Position numbers and translations under genes: made by a program. A stretch of DNA of 64,000 bases from Alphaproteobacteria bacterium (GTDB lineage Bacteria; Pseudomonadota; Alphaproteobacteria; UBA7887), in contig CBDCGL010000011.1 in assembly GCA_965216755.1 (NCBI GenBank), positions 4,224,001-4,288,000 on the forward strand. The letters are read 5' to 3'. The notes beneath the pieces are model-generated. The model did not search any database. It was not told where the DNA came from and saw only the letters and a program-made list of their open reading frames with translations. Each line of letters opens with the position of its first letter. The first letter of the stretch is position 1. Below are positions 1-8,784 of the stretch, one piece after another.

Positions 1-499
1 CCAAACGCAGCATCATGTCGGATATGAAAAAACCAATTTCCTGAGGGCCTTTAAGTCGGTCCTCAAATGCCTTCAACAGCAAAGTCTGGTCGAGCTTGCC
101 GACCCCGATGCCGGCTTTCACGATCAAATCTCGAACATGTTCAGTGAACGCGCAGGCGCGCAAATCGGTTTTGTCCCCGACCGTGACGCGATCGCCCGCA
201 ACGCTGTAGGCCGGTGCGTTTTTGGCGATTTGATCGGCGCCCAAACCGGTCAAATTGAGCTGTCGCGAAATAAACAGAATTTGGACCATGCAATGGATCG
301 ACGTGATCACATACAGCAAGGTAATGGCAATGGAGATGTAGCTCTTGTCGCTTTCAAAGACCTTGCCGACCAAGCCGTAGGTCCACGCGATCACGAACGC
401 GAACAGGGCGACGCCGGTCAAGATCATCCATTTGAGAAGCAGTTGATGGTGCTTTTCAATACCAAACAAGCGCCACAGGCTGAACGGCTGTACTGCCAC
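1..499 (-). CDS. MotA/TolQ/ExbB proton-channel family membrane protein (partial, runs off the window start)
   Basis: Not in the ORF track. Manual translation from GTG at 499 (GGAG RBS just upstream) is open to base 1: MAVQPFSLWRLFGIEKHHQLLLKWMILTGVALFAFVIAWTYG...DQTLLLKAFEDRLKGPQEIGFFISDMMLRL. It has two N-terminal TM segments and stops at the start of the MotA/ExbB-type TM motif. Confidence 0.7.
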   Translation of the reverse strand, partial: MAVQPFSLWRLFGIEKHHQLLLKWMILTGVALFAFVIAWTYGLVGKVFESDKSYISIAITLLYVITSIHCMVQILFISRQLNLTGLGADQIAKNAPAYSVAGDRVTVGDKTDLRACAFTEHVRDLIVKAGIGVGKLDQTLLLKAFEDRLKGPQEIGFFISDMMLRL

Positions 500-673
500 G
501 ATCTCACTCCAACGCCGTGACCGCTTAATCGGCCAGTGGCTTCCAGACAAAGCAATGCAGACTGCGCGTGGCCCAAACCGTTCGCAAACGACCTGGGCGG
601 CGCGCAGCGCCAGAGGCTATTACAGCTGCGCGTGGGCATCAAGCCGACCCTGAGGCCAGGCCGGCATGTGACG

Positions 674-1132
674 TCAATCCATATTCGGAGCGTTGAAATC
701 CCAGCAGCGCGATCCTTGACGTTGGCCAGCGGCCAGCGAGCCGGTTGTGCCGGTCTGGAAATCGCGGACGAGTTTTAGCGCTTCGTAGTGGCAATGGCGG
801 GGGATGTGATCGCGCTGCAGCTTCTGATGATGCTGTTTCGCAGCGCGTATTCCCGCTTGGTCAGCCAACATCAGCCAGACATACGCCGATATCACGTCTT
901 TTTGTACGCCGGTGCCGTTGGCCAGCATCAAACCAAGTTGGTATTGCGCCTTGGCATCACCGGCCAAAGCGGCTTCGCGCCAATGCTGGTGCGCGGCCGG
1001 GTAATCCCGTGCATCATAGGCTTCCTGGCCGGCGTCGAAATCAGCCATGGCCGCGGTGGGCAGCGCCAGACCGGCGCACAATGCCGCCACAATGCGGTAT
1101 CTCCGTAGGGTGTGCAGAGGCTTGCTCACCAT
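674..1132 (-). CDS. Secreted Sel1-like repeat protein
   Basis: Signal peptide ending AAMA-D; Sel1 motif AALAGDAKAQYQLGLMLANGTGVQKDVISAYVWL. Start chosen at MVSKPL. Confidence 0.8.
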   Translation of the reverse strand: MVSKPLHTLRRYRIVAALCAGLALPTAAMADFDAGQEAYDARDYPAAHQHWREAALAGDAKAQYQLGLMLANGTGVQKDVISAYVWLMLADQAGIRAAKQHHQKLQRDHIPRHCHYEALKLVRDFQTGTTGSLAAGQRQGSRCWDFNAPNMD

Positions 1133-1219
1133 TGCTTCGCCTGTCCGTTGTCTGATCCCATGCCTGACGTGCCCATTGTGTTTGGCAATTTCAAGTCGCT
1201 TGCCCGCCAACAGGCTTGG

Positions 1220-2203
1220 TCAATAGGCCGGCGTCGCGGAATCCAAATCCTCGGCCTCATACTGGCGAAACAGCGTAAACATGGACCGTTGGAACTCAAT
1301 CTGCACGGTTTCCAGTTGCTTGTATTGGTCCAAGTTCGCCTCGCCGATGCTCTCGGCCAGCGTGTCGCCGCGCCGCGCCGCGGCCTGCGCATAGTCGCGC
1401 AGGAATCCCAGATAGTCGCGCAGATCGGCGAGCTCATCGGGATCGTTCACCATCGGGCCATGACCGGGAACCAGGCGTCGCCACCGCATGGTGGCAATCC
1501 TGTCCAGATGCTGTAGCCACACATCGATATTGGCATGCGGCACGGATGGCGCGCGATTGCGAAACACCAGGTCGCTGGCAAAAAGGGTTTCCGTGGCCTG
1601 GTCGAAGACGACCAAATCGCCAGGTGTATGACCGAATTCGAACGGCGTCACGCGGACGATGCGGTTGCCCAAGTTAAACGTCTTTTCCCGCCACGTGGTC
1701 TGGGTTGGGCGCACAATCTTCAGGCGCGAGGTCCACTGATTGCCGATCACCACGGTCATGAAGTTCAGCACCGCTTCGCCATCGCGGGCCAACAACGGCG
1801 CGGCATTGCGATGCATCAACACCGGCGTATTGATCTTCTTGAACGCGGCCATGCCATAGGAATGATCGAAGTGGTGGTGCGTCACCACGGCCTGACGGAT
1901 GGGTTTGTCGGTGATCGATCGGATCACCCGGATGAGCTCCTCGGCGTAATACTGGGTGGGTCCGGTATCGACCACCAGCACCGCGTCGTCGCCGACGATG
2001 AAAGCAATATTGACGACGTTGCCGCCGTTGCGCGGGGTCAGTTGTTCTTGCAAGCCCCACAAAACGTAAACGCCTGGGGCGACTTCATCCGGCGATAGAC
2101 CGTAGGTTGAACCGCGCGCCCAGGCTGCGCCCATAAAGGCGGTGTAAATGAACAGCCCAACGACAAGCAATTGTGCCACGGCAAAACGTAGCGGTTGTTT
2201 CAT
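1220..2203 (-). CDS. SoxH-like MBL-fold zinc metallohydrolase (quinoprotein relay system type)
   Basis: Signal peptide; VVDTG, THHHFDH, GHTPGD, SDL and LVPGHG metallo-beta-lactamase-fold motifs; adjacent to a fused SoxYZ-like gene. Confidence 0.8.
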   Translation of the reverse strand: MKQPLRFAVAQLLVVGLFIYTAFMGAAWARGSTYGLSPDEVAPGVYVLWGLQEQLTPRNGGNVVNIAFIVGDDAVLVVDTGPTQYYAEELIRVIRSITDKPIRQAVVTHHHFDHSYGMAAFKKINTPVLMHRNAAPLLARDGEAVLNFMTVVIGNQWTSRLKIVRPTQTTWREKTFNLGNRIVRVTPFEFGHTPGDLVVFDQATETLFASDLVFRNRAPSVPHANIDVWLQHLDRIATMRWRRLVPGHGPMVNDPDELADLRDYLGFLRDYAQAAARRGDTLAESIGEANLDQYKQLETVQIEFQRSMFTLFRQYEAEDLDSATPAY

Positions 2204-2247
2204 ACCACCGCGCTTTCTTTCTTGGTCAGACGCACCCGATGGTCAAT

Positions 2248-3054
2248 TTACCACTCGAACGCTGGCGACTCGAACTCCAGGCCTTTGTTGTCGCGTGCGC
2301 GCACTTGGACGTTCTGCTTTAGCTCCGGCATGTCGACCGTGATGATCGGGTCAGAGGCCATGGCCGCCCGCGTTACAACTTCCATCACGACACCGTCGCT
2401 ATCCGTGACTTCGACCTTTTCGACGTAATACGCTTCTATCAGGTCACCATCGTCGCCGACGGCAAATCCGGTATCCATCGGGTGCACAATACGAAATTTC
2501 AGCCGCTCTTGCCCGTCGCGGTCATATTTGCGCACCGCAATGTCACCGAGCATCCGGTTGCCTTCGGAGTCGACGGTCCAATCGCCGGGTACCGAACAGC
2601 CGCCCGGGGTCAACACGTTCACCCACTGAGAGCCGATATGCCACACGCCGTCATCGGTTTTTACGCCGGCACGAACGGCGGTCGACATTTCCAGGCGAAT
2701 CTTAAGGCCGAGCGATTCGATCGACCGATGTGGCATCAGTCGGGCGATATGCTGGATCGGGTTATTTTCCGCCACAACCATGATTTCGGTGACGGTGCCA
2801 AGCTCAGGCGACAAATAAATGGCCAGCGGTACATCCGCGCTGTCTTCGACGTCTTGCGGCAAAATCACCTCAACGCCATCGTCGAAAATGACATCGCCAT
2901 CCGCGTAAAACGTCTCGCGCACGTCCGGCCAAACCGGTGTGTCCAGCGGGTCAACCAAGAAATTTTGCGCATTGGCCACGCTGCCAAATGTTGCCGGCAC
3001 CAAGATACCGCACATCAACCATCGTAAATGTCTGCGCATAAGTGTCACCCTCAA
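2248..3054 (-). CDS. Quinoprotein dehydrogenase-associated fused SoxYZ-like carrier
   Basis: Signal peptide; SoxY-like half (ENNPI, KIRLE) ending in GGCS, followed by a SoxZ-like half (HPMDTG, SDP). Confidence 0.85.
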   Translation of the reverse strand: MRVTLMRRHLRWLMCGILVPATFGSVANAQNFLVDPLDTPVWPDVRETFYADGDVIFDDGVEVILPQDVEDSADVPLAIYLSPELGTVTEIMVVAENNPIQHIARLMPHRSIESLGLKIRLEMSTAVRAGVKTDDGVWHIGSQWVNVLTPGGCSVPGDWTVDSEGNRMLGDIAVRKYDRDGQERLKFRIVHPMDTGFAVGDDGDLIEAYYVEKVEVTDSDGVVMEVVTRAAMASDPIITVDMPELKQNVQVRARDNKGLEFESPAFEW

Positions 3055-3258
3055 TACAGGTCTGCCGCGGCAATGACCGCGTGGGCGCTATTCCGCAACG
3101 CTGATCACCGTGACGCCGATCGATTAGCCGAGCCAATCGTAAGGATATACAGATCCGCCGCAGCTGGGTCAAATTGCAGACCCGGAAAAACCAAGGATTC
3201 GTCTAGGATTTTAGGACCGGTACCGTACCATGATCGCAGGGATGCGGGTACGTGAAAT

Positions 3259-3303
3259 CGCATGTTCGGCGGTGGATCCGAAAGCCCACCCGCCGAGCAT
3301 GCG
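3259..3303 (-). terminator. Stem-loop after the LolA-like gene
   Basis: Imperfect inverted repeat cgcatgttcggcggtgg...ccacccgccgagcatgcg a few bases past the stop at 3316; weak U-tract. Confidence 0.5.
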
Positions 3304-3315
3304 GGATATCCCTCG

Positions 3316-4152
3316 TCAGCGGGCGCGCTTCAGGGCTGCCGTCGACAAGTCATTTTCCGAGATGCCGGTACGGAACTCATAGCCGTCATAGGCGAGTTCG
3401 GTGCGCTTGCCGGTTTGATGATTGATCATTTCCATTCGGTTTGGGCGCCAATACTGATCGAGATACTGCACGTAATCTTCGAAGGTCAGTGTTTTCAGCA
3501 GATCGTCCTTGCGGTCATAGAAATCGACTTTGATGATTCGATACTCTGCTTGATCGATCCAGGCGACCCGCCGGGTATACCCTGAATGTTCGTAAAGCGG
3601 ATATTGTTCGACCACGAAGCAGTTGAAGTCGCCACAAGGTTCGTCGCGCAACCATTTATACGTGTATTTGCCAACCTCTTGAGATGACAGATCTTCATAG
3701 GCGAACTCGCTGCCGACAAACGGCCCAGATTTGTTGGCGGATGATATTCTTTTGACGCGCTTTAGGGCCGGCAAATAGAGCCATTGGTCGTCAGGGTCGG
3801 TTATATGGGTGAAGCTCAGGAAGGCCGTACCTTTGACATCCGCCGGACGATCAAACACGGTCAGGCTCTTGTCACCTTGGGCGCGGTCCGGCACTTCCAG
3901 AGTCTTGATGCGCAGTTCGCGGGTGCTGGTTTCCCCTTGACGGTTGTGCAAGACCATTCGCAGCGTCACTTCGGAATCGCCAAAACCGGCGTCGCGCAAG
4001 TCGGCTTCCTCCGCAATTGCCAGCCCTTTTTCCTCCGGCGTTTGTGCGCTGGCAATATGTGCCCCGCCCAACGCCAGGGCCACGGCGCCAATGGCGACGC
4101 GCGCTTGCCTAAACAGGCGCTGTGACGGAATCGGGTTTTTCTTGAGGTACAT
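3316..4152 (-). CDS. Outer membrane lipoprotein-sorting (LolA-like) protein
   Basis: Signal peptide; PADVKGTAFL, DDQWLYLPALKRVKRI, FVGSEFAYEDL motifs; directly downstream of an MMPL transporter. Confidence 0.88.
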   Translation of the reverse strand: MYLKKNPIPSQRLFRQARVAIGAVALALGGAHIASAQTPEEKGLAIAEEADLRDAGFGDSEVTLRMVLHNRQGETSTRELRIKTLEVPDRAQGDKSLTVFDRPADVKGTAFLSFTHITDPDDQWLYLPALKRVKRISSANKSGPFVGSEFAYEDLSSQEVGKYTYKWLRDEPCGDFNCFVVEQYPLYEHSGYTRRVAWIDQAEYRIIKVDFYDRKDDLLKTLTFEDYVQYLDQYWRPNRMEMINHQTGKRTELAYDGYEFRTGISENDLSTAALKRAR

Positions 4153-6466
4153 GCTGTTCTCTCTCCATGGTGATCAAAACAGGCGGTAGGAAAAGGAAAT
4201 CGGCCAACAGCGCGAAGCCGATGGTGATCGCGGTCAGCAAGCCCATCCAGGCGTTGAGCATGAAGGTGGATTGCGACAACACCAAGAACCCGGCTATTAG
4301 CACGACCGACGTCACCCACAAGGCCGTCCCCACCGTGTGGAAGGCGTAGCGGACCGAGTCCGACGGGCTGGCGTCGCGTTCGCGACGTGCGCGCAAATAC
4401 TTGCTCAAGAAGTGAATGGTGAAGTCGACAACAATGCCCAGGCTCATCGCCGTCACAATCGAAATGGCAACATTGGCTTCGCCGACGATCAAGCCCCACA
4501 AACCGAACGCCATCAACGCCGGCACTAGATTGGGGAATAGGCTGATCACGCCAAATTTGACCGATCGCAACGCCAGGATGAGCGACAGCGAAATAAGAAT
4601 AAGCGCCGCGGTGGTCCCGAACAGCATGCTCTCGATGTTTCGTTTCGAGATGTAGGCGAACATGACGAAGGAGCCGGTTGCCGAACTGCGCATATGTTCG
4701 GGCGCATTGGCAGCCAGCCACGCATCCGCGCGCCCCGTTAACGCGCGCACTTCGCGCGTGCTGATGGCGTCCGTGGTGATCACCAACCTAGCCGCCGACT
4801 TATCGACATTGACCTGGTTGTTCAAGTCCAGCCCATAGGGCAGGGACATCTCATAGAGCAATAAATATTGCGCGGCCAATTGACGATCATCGGGCAAGCG
4901 ATACCAATCTTGATCGTCGCCATGCATGCTCTTGTTCAGACGCTTCATGATATCGGTCAAGCTGTTGACGTGCACGACACCCGGTTGCTCTCGATACCAA
5001 TTGGCGAACGCCTCCAGCACCGCGAGATATTCCGGATCCGCGACGCCGCCGCTGTCTTTGGCCGCCAGCGAGTATTCCACCGCATAGATCCCCGACAGCT
5101 TCTCAGCTGCAAAATCGGTATCCGCGCGAAATTCGATGGCCGGATCGAAATACTGAACAAACCGGTCGTTGAGATCGATACGCGGGATAAACGCCGCAAG
5201 GCCAATAATCAAAAGTCCGATGACGACGATTAACGGCGTCCGACGGGCGACGACAAATTCCGCTAAGCGATCCATGGCTGTCGTTTGCGCGCCTTTGCGC
5301 ACCCGCACCCGCATTGGCATGATGTCCAGGAACACAGGCAGAAAGAAGACCGAATAAACGTAGGCCGCTACGACCCCCATTGCCGTGATATTGCCCAGAT
5401 GCGCGAATGGTGGGGCGTCGCTGGCGTTCATGCTCAGAAAGCCGATCACGGTGGTCAAGCTTGTCAGGAACACCGGCTGCATATTGAGGCGCAGCGATTC
5501 AACAATCGCATCGCGTTTGGTCGCGCCGCCACGCATTTCCGCCAGCATGGTCACCAAAATGTGCACACTGTCGGCAATCGCCAGCGTCATGATGATGATC
5601 GGCGCGCTGGCACTGGGCGCCGTGAGCGGGATGTTGAGCCACCCGGCCAGCCCCATCGCCGAGCCGGCGGAAAAGATGATGATCAACACCGTGCCGAGCG
5701 TGCCGGCCGTCGAGCGGAACAACAGCGCGATCGCCAGCACGATAATGCCAAACATAATCGGGATCAGGGTTGCTGAATCGCGTTGGCTCGACTCCGGGAA
5801 GGCATTGTTGAGCATGACGATCCCGGTCAAGTAAATCCGGACTTCGGGATATTGTGCTTCAATCTTGGCGGCAAGCTCGCGGGCGAAATGGGCGGCCTTG
5901 GGCACCTCGGCGATTTCTTTGCCGGGCAATTGCAGGGTGACGTTGACCGCCGTCACGTCGGTTGTCTCGCGAATGAGGCGATCGCGCAGCAAAGGTTCGG
6001 CCAATGCGATGTCGCGTGCAGCCGCGATTTCGTCCGGCGTCCGCGCCCCCGCGTTTTGAACAAGATCGGCGACCACCAAGTCGTCGCCGTCAGCGGCGGT
6101 GTGTTGGTAGTTGGTGAGCGAATCAACCCGGATCGAGTATGGGACTTGCCATGCCTCTTCGGTCAGCGTTTCCACTGCCGCCAAAGTTTGCGGCGTGAAG
6201 ACGTCTTCGTCGCGCGGTGCAATCACGAAAAGAATGTTGTCATTCTTGGTGTAGCGTGCCTGCAAGGCCTCGAAGGCCTGCAATTGTGGGTTTTCGTCGC
6301 TGAAGAAAACCCGGTAATTGTTGACGAAAATCAGCCGCTGCGCGCCCATGAATGTGGCGACAACCATTACCAAAGTTAGCGCTAAGACGATCCATCGCCA
6401 TCGCAAAATGGTTTGGGCGTAAGAAACGGTCAGTCGGTCGGCGCGCGATAGTTCGCTTTTAGCCAT
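4109..6466 (-). CDS. MMPL/RND family efflux transporter
   Basis: About 785 aa; two TM clusters with large periplasmic loops; LAIADSVH and LGIVVDFTIHF RND signatures. Start at MAKSELS. Confidence 0.9.
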   Translation of the reverse strand: MAKSELSRADRLTVSYAQTILRWRWIVLALTLVMVVATFMGAQRLIFVNNYRVFFSDENPQLQAFEALQARYTKNDNILFVIAPRDEDVFTPQTLAAVETLTEEAWQVPYSIRVDSLTNYQHTAADGDDLVVADLVQNAGARTPDEIAAARDIALAEPLLRDRLIRETTDVTAVNVTLQLPGKEIAEVPKAAHFARELAAKIEAQYPEVRIYLTGIVMLNNAFPESSQRDSATLIPIMFGIIVLAIALLFRSTAGTLGTVLIIIFSAGSAMGLAGWLNIPLTAPSASAPIIIMTLAIADSVHILVTMLAEMRGGATKRDAIVESLRLNMQPVFLTSLTTVIGFLSMNASDAPPFAHLGNITAMGVVAAYVYSVFFLPVFLDIMPMRVRVRKGAQTTAMDRLAEFVVARRTPLIVVIGLLIIGLAAFIPRIDLNDRFVQYFDPAIEFRADTDFAAEKLSGIYAVEYSLAAKDSGGVADPEYLAVLEAFANWYREQPGVVHVNSLTDIMKRLNKSMHGDDQDWYRLPDDRQLAAQYLLLYEMSLPYGLDLNNQVNVDKSAARLVITTDAISTREVRALTGRADAWLAANAPEHMRSSATGSFVMFAYISKRNIESMLFGTTAALILISLSLILALRSVKFGVISLFPNLVPALMAFGLWGLIVGEANVAISIVTAMSLGIVVDFTIHFLSKYLRARRERDASPSDSVRYAFHTVGTALWVTSVVLIAGFLVLSQSTFMLNAWMGLLTAITIGFALLADFLFLPPVLITMEREQHVPQEKPDSVTAPV

Positions 6467-6468
6467 GG

Positions 6469-7074
6469 CTATCTCGCTTTCAAGCTTCCCAAATAGTGGA
6501 TCAAACCGGCGACGCAAGCCTCGATAACGTCTGGCCGCCGTGACGCCTTGATGGCGCCGATGCTGCCCTCCACAGCGGCAATGAAAAAGGTAGCGGTTTG
6601 TGTCGGATCGATGTCTGGGCGCACCTCTCCGGCGTTCTGGCCTTCCGCGATGGCTTCGGCTAGGCGTCTCTGCCAGATCGTGAATACATCACAAAGATGC
6701 GCCCGAAACTCGTCGTCAATCGGCGACATCTCTTGGGCCAAATTGTTCAACGGACAGCCGAGCGCCACGGTTTCCGGTGTTGCTTCTGCCGCAGCCGCCT
6801 TGACCCGTGCGATGAGGGAATCGATGACACCGCCACCGGTCGACGGCGCCTCCAGCCAGTCGGCGAGCACGCGGTCGGCGATCACCTCGTCTATGACCGC
6901 CAATCCGAGATGTCGCTTGGTCGGAAAATGATGATAAAGGGCTCCCTTTGTCACCCCCGTCCGCGCCAAGATCTCGGTCATGCTCGCGGCCTGAAATCCC
7001 TTTCGATGGATCTCGTGGAACGCCGCATCCAACAGGGCTTGTCGGGTGGCTTGTGGATTGTAGGCAGCGGGCAT
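6469..7074 (-). CDS. TetR/AcrR family transcriptional regulator
   Basis: HTH EILARTGVTKGALYHHFPTK; GCPLNNLAQEM C-terminal motif. Start at MPAAYNPQ. Confidence 0.9.
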   Translation of the reverse strand: MPAAYNPQATRQALLDAAFHEIHRKGFQAASMTEILARTGVTKGALYHHFPTKRHLGLAVIDEVIADRVLADWLEAPSTGGGVIDSLIARVKAAAAEATPETVALGCPLNNLAQEMSPIDDEFRAHLCDVFTIWQRRLAEAIAEGQNAGEVRPDIDPTQTATFFIAAVEGSIGAIKASRRPDVIEACVAGLIHYLGSLKAR

Positions 7075-7084
7075 GGAACCAAAG

Positions 7085-7110
7085 CGTATACATTCATACC
7101 TGTCGGTATG
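7085..7110 (-). promoter_or_regulatory. Putative TetR operator and -10 element
   Basis: Palindrome CATACC-tgtc-GGTATG at 7095-7110; TATACG on the minus strand at 7085-7090, about 10 nt upstream of the ATG at 7074. Confidence 0.6.
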
Positions 7111-7216
7111 ATTCATCAGAACACGATGTCCGTCAATCGGATTACGAAATGGTGAAGTCAAACGCGCATGTCAGGCGGCCAAGAAAGCGCGTCTAGGGCC
7201 GGTTGGCCAACTTCAG

Positions 7217-7513
7217 CTGTGGGACACCGTGGTCAACCGCGCATCGCCCGTTCGGGCGATGGCTGACGACTGTGGGGGCGGTCAACGGATCATCGCCCGT
7301 TCGGGCGATGGTTGACGACTGTGAGGGCGGTCAACGGATCATCGCCCGTTCGGGCGATGGTTGACGACTGTGAGGGCGGTCAACGGATCATCGCCCGTTC
7401 GGGCGATGGTTGACGACTGTGAGGGCGGTCAACGGATCATCGCCCGTTCGGGCGATGGTTGACGACTGTGAGGGCGGTCAACGGATCATCGCCCGTTCGG
7501 GCGATGGTTGACC
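7217..7513. repeat. Tandem array of a 49-bp palindromic unit (6 hairpin copies, REP/BIME-like)
   Basis: CATCGCCCGTTCGGGCGATG starts at 7242, 7291, 7340, 7389, 7438 and 7487 (period 49). Units 2-5 are identical, unit 1 has 2 substitutions, and there is a degenerate remnant at 7217-7241. Confidence 0.95.
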
Positions 7514-8692
7514 TTAGTACCTTCGAACTGCCCCTTTGTTTTCCAATGAACCAATCACGGGGACGCCGAGCACAGCTTCGGCGACTTCCGGTCGCTCCAC
7601 GCGGTGATTGAAATACTGCCGCAAAAAGGCGATCAGTAGCGATAGGACGAAGCCGCCGATCATGGCAATCTTTATGTAAAAGATGCGCGAGTGATTGGGC
7701 CGTGCAGGCGCCGAGGCATATTCGATGATCTGCACGTTGATGAGATTTTCGGGTACTGCCTCGCGGGCACGCTCTTGCTCGTAGCGGTCTCGATAGTCCA
7801 AAAAGATCGTCTCTTGAGCACTGATCCGGACGTTCAGATCGTTGATGGTTGATTGCCGTGACTCAAGCCCGCGCAAATCGCGGTTGCGCGCAGTCAGTTC
7901 GGTTTCCTGCGCGGTGATCGAATCAGTGATGGCCGTCACACGCGGATGGTCATTGGAATAAAGCGACAAAAGCTCCGATCGTTCGGTGTTGAGCGTTGCA
8001 ATGCGATCACGAATGCGGCCCACTTCCCGAAGCAGTTCGGCCTTGGCTTCTTCGGGCGAGGTCACCGAATGTTCGGCCATATAATCCGACAGCAACTGCC
8101 GCAGCCGATCCAATTCGATCGAGGCCTCCTCCAGCTTGGTCTCGAAATATTTGCTTGCGCCGCGCGAGTTCACCAACGAGCTGCGATAAGCGATATACGA
8201 CTCCGTCACCGCATTGACGATTAGCATGGCCAAGTTCGGATCACGACTGCCATAAGAAATTGTCATGATGTTCGAATCGACGATGGGTTTGATCTTGATA
8301 TCGTCGGTGAGATTCTCAATCCAGGCTTCGCGCGGCGGCACGGCCGTACGCAAGCCCAAGCGTTCCATGAGTGACGGCTTCTCGGCGCCCAACGGGTTGC
8401 CGCTGTCACCGGCATTCTGTGGAATGAATTCATCGACAACGGCTTCGATCACCGGTCGCGACCGAACAATCTCGATCTCGGTGTTCATGGCTTCAGCCAT
8501 TTCCGGAACGGTCGTCAGTGGCCCGGTGATAATCGGTGCTTTGGTCCGTTCAACCAAAACCGTGCCGCTGGCGATATAGGCGGGCGGCCTGAAATAGGTC
8601 AGTACGGTTACGATCGCGACCACAAACACCCACCAGCCGAGGATGCTGCTCTTATAGCGAAACAGAAACCATAGAATGTCGCGTTTGGTCAT
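7514..8692 (-). CDS. Polysaccharide co-polymerase / chain-length determinant (Wzz/GumC, Wzc N-terminal half)
   Basis: N-terminal TM, TEIEIVRSRPVIEAVV, coiled coils, C-terminal Pro-rich segment plus TM, LGVPVIGSL tail. Confidence 0.88.
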   Translation of the reverse strand: MTKRDILWFLFRYKSSILGWWVFVVAIVTVLTYFRPPAYIASGTVLVERTKAPIITGPLTTVPEMAEAMNTEIEIVRSRPVIEAVVDEFIPQNAGDSGNPLGAEKPSLMERLGLRTAVPPREAWIENLTDDIKIKPIVDSNIMTISYGSRDPNLAMLIVNAVTESYIAYRSSLVNSRGASKYFETKLEEASIELDRLRQLLSDYMAEHSVTSPEEAKAELLREVGRIRDRIATLNTERSELLSLYSNDHPRVTAITDSITAQETELTARNRDLRGLESRQSTINDLNVRISAQETIFLDYRDRYEQERAREAVPENLINVQIIEYASAPARPNHSRIFYIKIAMIGGFVLSLLIAFLRQYFNHRVERPEVAEAVLGVPVIGSLENKGAVRRY

Positions 8693-8784
8693 CGTGTCAG
8701 CTCTGGCTGTTTGTGCTTGCCTAAATCGAATTTACGGCATCGCCAATTCCGTCGTCTCGCTCGGCGCGGCGTTCTATTTGGCCA

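Noticed and set aside
1-499. Flagellar motA or Zorya zorA
   Set aside because: The gene is truncated and the partner is not visible; there are no flagellar or defence neighbours, so only a family-level call is supportable.
1220-3054. Sox thiosulfate-oxidation operon
   Set aside because: SoxY and SoxZ are fused with an internal GGC, and no soxAXBCD genes are visible; this fits the quinoprotein-associated variant.
7217-7513. CRISPR array call for the 36+13 nt repeat
   Set aside because: The would-be spacers are 13 nt and essentially identical, there is no AT-rich leader, and no cas gene is in the window.
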